Positions 58,873-64,000 of a stretch of DNA of 64,000 nucleotides are shown here, one piece after another. A program made the position numbers and the translations under genes. The stretch is from contig VMGD01000001.1 in the NCBI GenBank assembly GCA_007376405.1, positions 2,891 through 66,890 on the forward strand, written 5' to 3'. Source of the stretch: Microgenomates group bacterium Gr01-1014_7 (GTDB taxonomy: Bacteria > Patescibacteriota > Microgenomatia > Daviesbacterales > UBA10151). Position 1 is the first letter of the stretch, and the number at the start of each line of letters is the position of its first letter. The notes under the pieces are model-generated. The model was not told the DNA's origin, ran no database searches, and was given only the letters and a program-made list of their open reading frames with translations.

Positions 58873-59640
58873 ATGCAACTCATGCAACATCTAAGTTTAC
58901 TATCCATTTTACCAAACTTCTTCACCCTAGGCTTATCAATATATCTATTTAGAAGATATCTACCTTTCAAAACAAGTGTGTTCAGAAGCTTCCTAATAAT
59001 TTCTTTATTATTAATTCCACTTTTTTATTATTCACCAAATTACTTTATTTCCTTTTTACCATTAATCTCAGTAGGGATTTTAGCTCTTTACAAACATTTT
59101 CCAAATAGTCTTGTATTAATAGCTTGGGCTATCTTTTTATTTTTAGGCAATCTTTATTCCGGCGAGGTTATCAAATACCCTTTTGATATTCAACATTCGC
59201 AACTTATTTTTAATTCTCCGGAAGTTAATTATAATTTGAATAGGCATCAGGAAGACGCATTGTTTATTCCCTACAAAGCTCGTTTAATCGTATACTCACA
59301 ACTCGTTTATGTTTACGCCCTTTTAACAAACTTTTTTGATTTCCTAAACTTAAAAAACCTTTATGATATTTTATTACTCGCTAATTTGTATCCAATATCT
59401 ATAGGTCTTTACAAAATTTTTACACAAAAGCAGGAATTGAAAAGTATTTTTTTAGTTTCTTTTCTTATTACCATGTTAACTTCCGGTATTGATAGGTCAC
59501 CTGATAAGTTTCAATCGCTTTATTTATTAACACCAGTTTTCATATATCTAATAATTTTAGGTGCACAAAGTATAAATAAAAAGTTATATTTTGCTCTTTG
59601 GATTTTAAGCATTTTTATTTTGATTAGTCCCAAAATATGA
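58873..59640 (+). CDS. Membrane protein resembling the central part of family-B GT-C enzymes
   Basis: Several TM segments; loop QLIFNS...LNRHQ...RLIVYSQ...NFFDFL aligns by eye with the family-B loop; no N-terminal DE motif. Confidence 0.6.
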   Translation: MQLMQHLSLLSILPNFFTLGLSIYLFRRYLPFKTSVFRSFLIISLLLIPLFYYSPNYFISFLPLISVGILALYKHFPNSLVLIAWAIFLFLGNLYSGEVIKYPFDIQHSQLIFNSPEVNYNLNRHQEDALFIPYKARLIVYSQLVYVYALLTNFFDFLNLKNLYDILLLANLYPISIGLYKIFTQKQELKSIFLVSFLITMLTSGIDRSPDKFQSLYLLTPVFIYLIILGAQSINKKLYFALWILSIFILISPKI

Positions 59641-61217
59641 AATTTAAGATACTGGTAGTTTTAGTTGCAGTTCTAACCGTATTGACCAGATTTATAAATT
59701 TGGATTCAAACCCTCCACATTTATCAAATGATGAAATATCAATTGCCTATGATGCTTATTCTGTTTCAAAAACCTTAAGGGATGAGCATAATCACTTTTT
59801 ACCTTTATCCTTTCAATCGCATAGCACCTATAAAGCCCCCCTAACCATTTATCTATCAATCCCCACAACTATTATATTTGGTAATAGCGAAATAGCTGCC
59901 AGAGCTCCTTCAGCTTTCTTGGGCAGCTTAACTGTCTTAATTTTAGGACTTTTGGTTTTTGAACTAACGAGAAATAAATACCTTAGCCTACTTACCGCAC
60001 TTATTCTTGCTATCTCTCCTATGCATATTTTAACTTCACACATGGCTTATGAAGCTAATATTGGTTTATTCTTTTTTGTCCTGGGGATATATTTATTTTT
60101 CTTATCCTTAAGAAAAAATAGCAATCTTATAACCTTCAGTTCTTTCTTTGCATTTACCTTATCAGTATATAGCTATCATACGGAATGGGTTTTCACCCCG
60201 TTTATTATTATTTTGTTGTATATGCTTAATTTTAAGTTTATATCTAAAAAACCCAAGTATTATATTGGGGCATTAATATTTTTAGTACTTATTACACCCT
60301 TGGTTCTAGATTTCCTAAGTAATTTACAGACTACTACCAGAGCAGGTACTGAAAATCTACTACGGGAACCCTCACTGGCAAAGAAACTCGAAGATGGTAA
60401 TTTCTTTTATTGGCAAAAGATATCTTTTATTCTACAAGCTTTTTTAGAAAAATATTCATCCTACTTTAATCCTTCCTATATTTTCTTTACAGGCTATAAC
60501 TTACTTCCTAAGGGAGACCCTTTCCAACTTGGAGTATTCTTATTTATTTTTCTCCCGTTCTTCTGTATTGGAATTTTTAGTCTACGCTCATTTTTCAAAG
60601 GCAACTCAAAGTTTATTTATATACTTTTAATAACTTCCCCAATAACTGCATCATTAACTAGCGGACCTCAAAGCACTTCCAGGAACCTAGTTTCTTTAAT
60701 TCCTATTTCAATTGTTTGTGCCGTTGGGTTGTTTATTTTTTGGAAAACTGCCGGAAAAATTTGGAAAAAAGCGTTTTTAATAATTTTTGCTGGTACCTTT
60801 TTATATTTTTTAGCTATTTTTTATTATCATTTTCCCAAAGATTCAGGAGAAGGATTTCAATATGGCTATAAACAAATTGCATTATTTATTAAACCAAGAT
60901 ATCAAAATTTAAACCTTATAATTATTGATCCCAGATTTGGACCAGCGAATATGTATTCAGGACTTCCGCATTTATATATCCCCTACTATACAAATCTTGA
61001 TCCTAATAAACTATTAGAAAGTAAAAGAGACAAAGCAGGAACCTTTTTTGATAAATATCAAATCAGAGATATTAATTGGGATAAAGAAGAATTAGATGAA
61101 GGTAATCTTTATATAGTACCTGTCTCTAATGAACCCGATCAAAAATTACAACTTAAAAGAATTTATACCATTACTTTACCCAATTTTAAGCCGGCATTTT
61201 ATCTTTATATCCTCTAA
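59637..61217 (+). CDS. ArnT/PMT-like GT-C glycosyltransferase, family B
   Basis: PPHLSNDEISIAYDAYSV..T.RDE, YK.PL.IY, FQYGYK. Confidence 0.83.
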   Translation: MKFKILVVLVAVLTVLTRFINLDSNPPHLSNDEISIAYDAYSVSKTLRDEHNHFLPLSFQSHSTYKAPLTIYLSIPTTIIFGNSEIAARAPSAFLGSLTVLILGLLVFELTRNKYLSLLTALILAISPMHILTSHMAYEANIGLFFFVLGIYLFFLSLRKNSNLITFSSFFAFTLSVYSYHTEWVFTPFIIILLYMLNFKFISKKPKYYIGALIFLVLITPLVLDFLSNLQTTTRAGTENLLREPSLAKKLEDGNFFYWQKISFILQAFLEKYSSYFNPSYIFFTGYNLLPKGDPFQLGVFLFIFLPFFCIGIFSLRSFFKGNSKFIYILLITSPITASLTSGPQSTSRNLVSLIPISIVCAVGLFIFWKTAGKIWKKAFLIIFAGTFLYFLAIFYYHFPKDSGEGFQYGYKQIALFIKPRYQNLNLIIIDPRFGPANMYSGLPHLYIPYYTNLDPNKLLESKRDKAGTFFDKYQIRDINWDKEELDEGNLYIVPVSNEPDQKLQLKRIYTITLPNFKPAFYLYIL

Positions 61218-62869
61218 GGAGTCACTTCTATAATATCAAAAGCTCTCTTACCATCAAGAAAATCAACAGATAAAAGTCTTGGAATCTCCTTTGGAAAATC
61301 TTCCGTCTTACCAATAAACAGCAGTTTCTTTCCCGGATTTTGTTTAACAATATCTGCAAATTGAGTACCTTCGTCTCCAAGATCAGGGAAGTAGAATTTA
61401 TCAAACCGCAAAACCCTAACCCAATCGTGAGTCTCAAACCTGACCAGATTTGGATTCGTTTGGTATTTGGAAGGATCATAATTTAGGAAAAACAGCGTAA
61501 ACATGTGAGGTTCACCATAGGTTCTGCTGAATACAATCTCATCATAGTCATTCCTATGCTTACCAATGTAATCTAGTGCTTGTTTGTACCCATATTGCCA
61601 GTCCCTGGAATAAGTTTTGGGGTAAACATTGTAATATTCATTTAGGTAATAACTAATGCTTACAGCAATTATAATTACCAGTAATGCGCCTACAGAAATT
61701 TTTGCCACTGCTTTCCATTTCTTAATCCATCCAAATGATATATAAAACCCAAAGGCGCAAACCAATTGGTAAAAAGGTGCAGCAATCAAAGTCCTTAACG
61801 CATGAGGGATACTGTCATTGGTAACTGAAACCGGGATAAAGGAAAGCAAAAGCCACGATAAAAGTAATCCCTTAAACCGATGTTTAAGGTAAAAAAGTGC
61901 CACTAGCCCAATAATTAAGAATGGAGCTTGAAAGTAATAAAGCTCTCCGATGTTTTGGACATGATGTTGTTTATGTGGGGCTCCGGAAATAAATAAAAAT
62001 TGCGGGGTAAAATGCGCAAGATAATTTCTCGCGAAATAAAAGCCGACATAAGTAATTTTATTATGCACTAATCTTGGGAGCGGCTGAGGAAGCCTTGAGA
62101 ATCCCCTATTTTCGTTTATTCTGGGGATTAAGCCCAGGTCATCGGTTATGCTTACCAATTTATACCTGGCACTTCTTTCTCCGCTAAAAAGATAGGGTGC
62201 AAGTGGCAGTAAAATAATAGTAAAAACTACTATTGAAATTACTACAATTTTTCTGAATTTAACCAGACTTTTTCTGTATAATAAAAAAATAACCAGTAAA
62301 AGCAGCGGTGTGAATATCCTGGCTGAATTATAAGTGAATACCGATAATCCAAAAGGGATCATTGAAATAACAAACCACTTCTTTGTGAAAAAACCTTTGA
62401 CAAGAAACGAAATCCCAAGTATTACCCATAATGTGGCCAAGGACGATTCAAATGAAGCCCGAGTAAGCTGTATATGCCATGGAGAAACAGCCAGTAAAAA
62501 TGAAGAAATTAAGCCAACCAGATTACTTTGAAAAAGGGCTCTTCCCAAAAAAAACATAGCCAAAACAGTCAGTGTTCCATAAATTACAGGGGTAATTCTA
62601 ACTCCCAGCTCATTTAGACCAAACAAATATATTCCGGGGATACTAAGATATATTTGAACCGGCAACTTATATTCTCCATACGCTTTAAAGTGTATTGGGA
62701 AGCTTTGATTCCATTCATCTTTCCCGGTTTTCAAAATTGAATATGCATTATATGCAATCGAAACTTCATCCCAGTTTAGGGAGGGCGGAATTTCTTTAAC
62801 TTTGTAAAATCTCAGTACAAAGCCCAAGACTAAGATTAAAAATAAGATAACAGGAATAATTTTTCTCAT
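61214..62869 (-). CDS. ArnT/PMT-like GT-C glycosyltransferase, family B
   Basis: PPSLNWDEVSIAYNAYSILKTGKDEW, SPWHI...R...E, PHALR, WQYGYK. Confidence 0.85.
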   Translation of the reverse strand: MRKIIPVILFLILVLGFVLRFYKVKEIPPSLNWDEVSIAYNAYSILKTGKDEWNQSFPIHFKAYGEYKLPVQIYLSIPGIYLFGLNELGVRITPVIYGTLTVLAMFFLGRALFQSNLVGLISSFLLAVSPWHIQLTRASFESSLATLWVILGISFLVKGFFTKKWFVISMIPFGLSVFTYNSARIFTPLLLLVIFLLYRKSLVKFRKIVVISIVVFTIILLPLAPYLFSGERSARYKLVSITDDLGLIPRINENRGFSRLPQPLPRLVHNKITYVGFYFARNYLAHFTPQFLFISGAPHKQHHVQNIGELYYFQAPFLIIGLVALFYLKHRFKGLLLSWLLLSFIPVSVTNDSIPHALRTLIAAPFYQLVCAFGFYISFGWIKKWKAVAKISVGALLVIIIAVSISYYLNEYYNVYPKTYSRDWQYGYKQALDYIGKHRNDYDEIVFSRTYGEPHMFTLFFLNYDPSKYQTNPNLVRFETHDWVRVLRFDKFYFPDLGDEGTQFADIVKQNPGKKLLFIGKTEDFPKEIPRLLSVDFLDGKRAFDIIEVTP

Positions 62870-62879
62870 ACTTGGAATT

Positions 62880-63953
62880 TCATTTCCATAACTTCAAAAT
62901 CTTATCTCTAAATTTGTCTTTACTAAATTGTCTTGCTGATTGTATAGCTGCTTTCCCCATCTTTTTCATTAGACCGCTGTTCTTTATTAACTTTACAGTG
63001 TATTCCTTTAGCTGCTCGGGTGTATCCCAAAGCATGCCTGATGTTCCTCTTCCGATGATTTCTATTTGCCCTCCCCCATTAAAAACAACGGGTACACATC
63101 CTCCTGCCATTGCTTCAACTGTAGTAATACCAAAATGCTCCATTTTGGTAGGATCATCCTCACTAAATCCTGACGCATGCCAATAAATACTTGACTCTCC
63201 ATACAATTTTACGAGAGAATCATAATCTATATTTGGATAAAAATTCACTGGTAACTGCGCGGCTAAATTCTTAAGTTCCCTAAGATACGATTCATCACCC
63301 TTGCTTGCAGCACCTGCTAATTGTAAACTCCAATCTTTAAGGTTATTTTCTTTGTGAAGCTCTCTGAAAGTTTTTATCAATAAATTCTGTTTTTTATCTT
63401 TTAGATATCCAAAAAAACGACCCACAGATAATATATATTTTTTCTTTTTTAAAGGTTTAATTTTATCTGTATCGACGGGAGGGTAAATAACCTCAGACGA
63501 AAGAGGCCAGTTTGTTTCAGAATGCTTTTTCGTAAAGTTGGAATTATAGATAATTAAGTTCCAGCTTTTGAGTTTTAATTTTCCCCAAAAATTTTTTGCA
63601 GGCTGACCCGCTAGGGGCGATTGAATATGTAAAATGTTGCGTTTGGATGTTGATAAAAAAATACTGCCATCTGTTAAATAAAACAGTACATCATAATGCT
63701 TTAAAAAAGCTAATCTTGCCAAAAAACTCGATCCCTCCCCTATCGGACCTTTAATAAAACTTACTTTATTAAGATCTAAATCAAATCTTTTGGACAATTC
63801 TTTTTTTAGATAATCTCCTCCCAAACTCCTCAAGTGTTTATCTAATAAAACATCCACCCTTTGCAGAGAAGATAAACTTTCGGCAATAGTCATCATGTAT
63901 TTCTCTCCTCCGCCGAATGTATCTAAATAAGGGGAATAGATTGCTACTCTCAT
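62880..63953 (-). CDS. Glycosyltransferase family 4
   Basis: GGGEKY, IYPPV, SVGRF, EHFGITTVEAM. Confidence 0.92.
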   Translation of the reverse strand: MRVAIYSPYLDTFGGGEKYMMTIAESLSSLQRVDVLLDKHLRSLGGDYLKKELSKRFDLDLNKVSFIKGPIGEGSSFLARLAFLKHYDVLFYLTDGSIFLSTSKRNILHIQSPLAGQPAKNFWGKLKLKSWNLIIYNSNFTKKHSETNWPLSSEVIYPPVDTDKIKPLKKKKYILSVGRFFGYLKDKKQNLLIKTFRELHKENNLKDWSLQLAGAASKGDESYLRELKNLAAQLPVNFYPNIDYDSLVKLYGESSIYWHASGFSEDDPTKMEHFGITTVEAMAGGCVPVVFNGGGQIEIIGRGTSGMLWDTPEQLKEYTVKLIKNSGLMKKMGKAAIQSARQFSKDKFRDKILKLWK

Positions 63954-64000
63954 CTAATAATTAAATTTGTTTTTTAACAACTCTTCATCAATGTTGTTAT

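Noticed and set aside
1050-63186. Numerous 60-110 aa ORFs antisense to or nested in long genes
   Set aside because: No recognisable motifs; consistent with shadow frames of real genes
1-64000. Phase-variable homopolymers, CRISPR arrays, IS elements, tRNA or rRNA genes
   Set aside because: Only short A/T runs expected from Lys/Phe codons; no long G/C tracts, spaced repeats, transposase motifs or structured RNA genes seen by eye
63954-64000. 3' end of an upstream minus-strand gene (…IDEELLKNKFNY-stop)
   Set aside because: Only about 15 codons are visible, too little to call

Overview
AT-rich, gene-dense bacterial window using standard code 11 (TGA is a stop). It is almost entirely one surface-glycan locus; no rRNA, tRNA, CRISPR array or mobile element was seen. 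Gene content (DUF5667-like protein, expanded ArnT/PMT-like families) and the scarcity of Shine-Dalgarno sites suggest a Patescibacteria/CPR (Microgenomates-like) genome, which is inference only. Contents: (i) about 1-17.6 kb, a GDP-heptose-type pathway (GmhA, HddA, GmhB, HddC, DmhA-like dehydratase, 3,5-epimerase) extended by two ThDP enzyme pairs, two methyltransferases, three GDP-fucose-synthase-like SDRs that all lack the catalytic Tyr, two aldo-keto reductases with C-terminal ParB/sulfiredoxin-like domains and a GT10 transferase, together a candidate undescribed branched higher-carbon sugar pathway; (ii) two uronate-decarboxylase-like SDR plus sugar C-methyltransferase modules; (iii) twelve GT-C-type multi-TM glycosyltransferases (two paralog families of five plus two singletons), five polyprenol-phosphate-sugar synthase-like GT2s, a flippase and several GT2/GT4 enzymes. 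Many operon-first genes appear leaderless (-10 box 6-8 nt before the start codon), and most convergent gene pairs overlap with no visible terminator. All functional calls come from motif recognition, not database searches.
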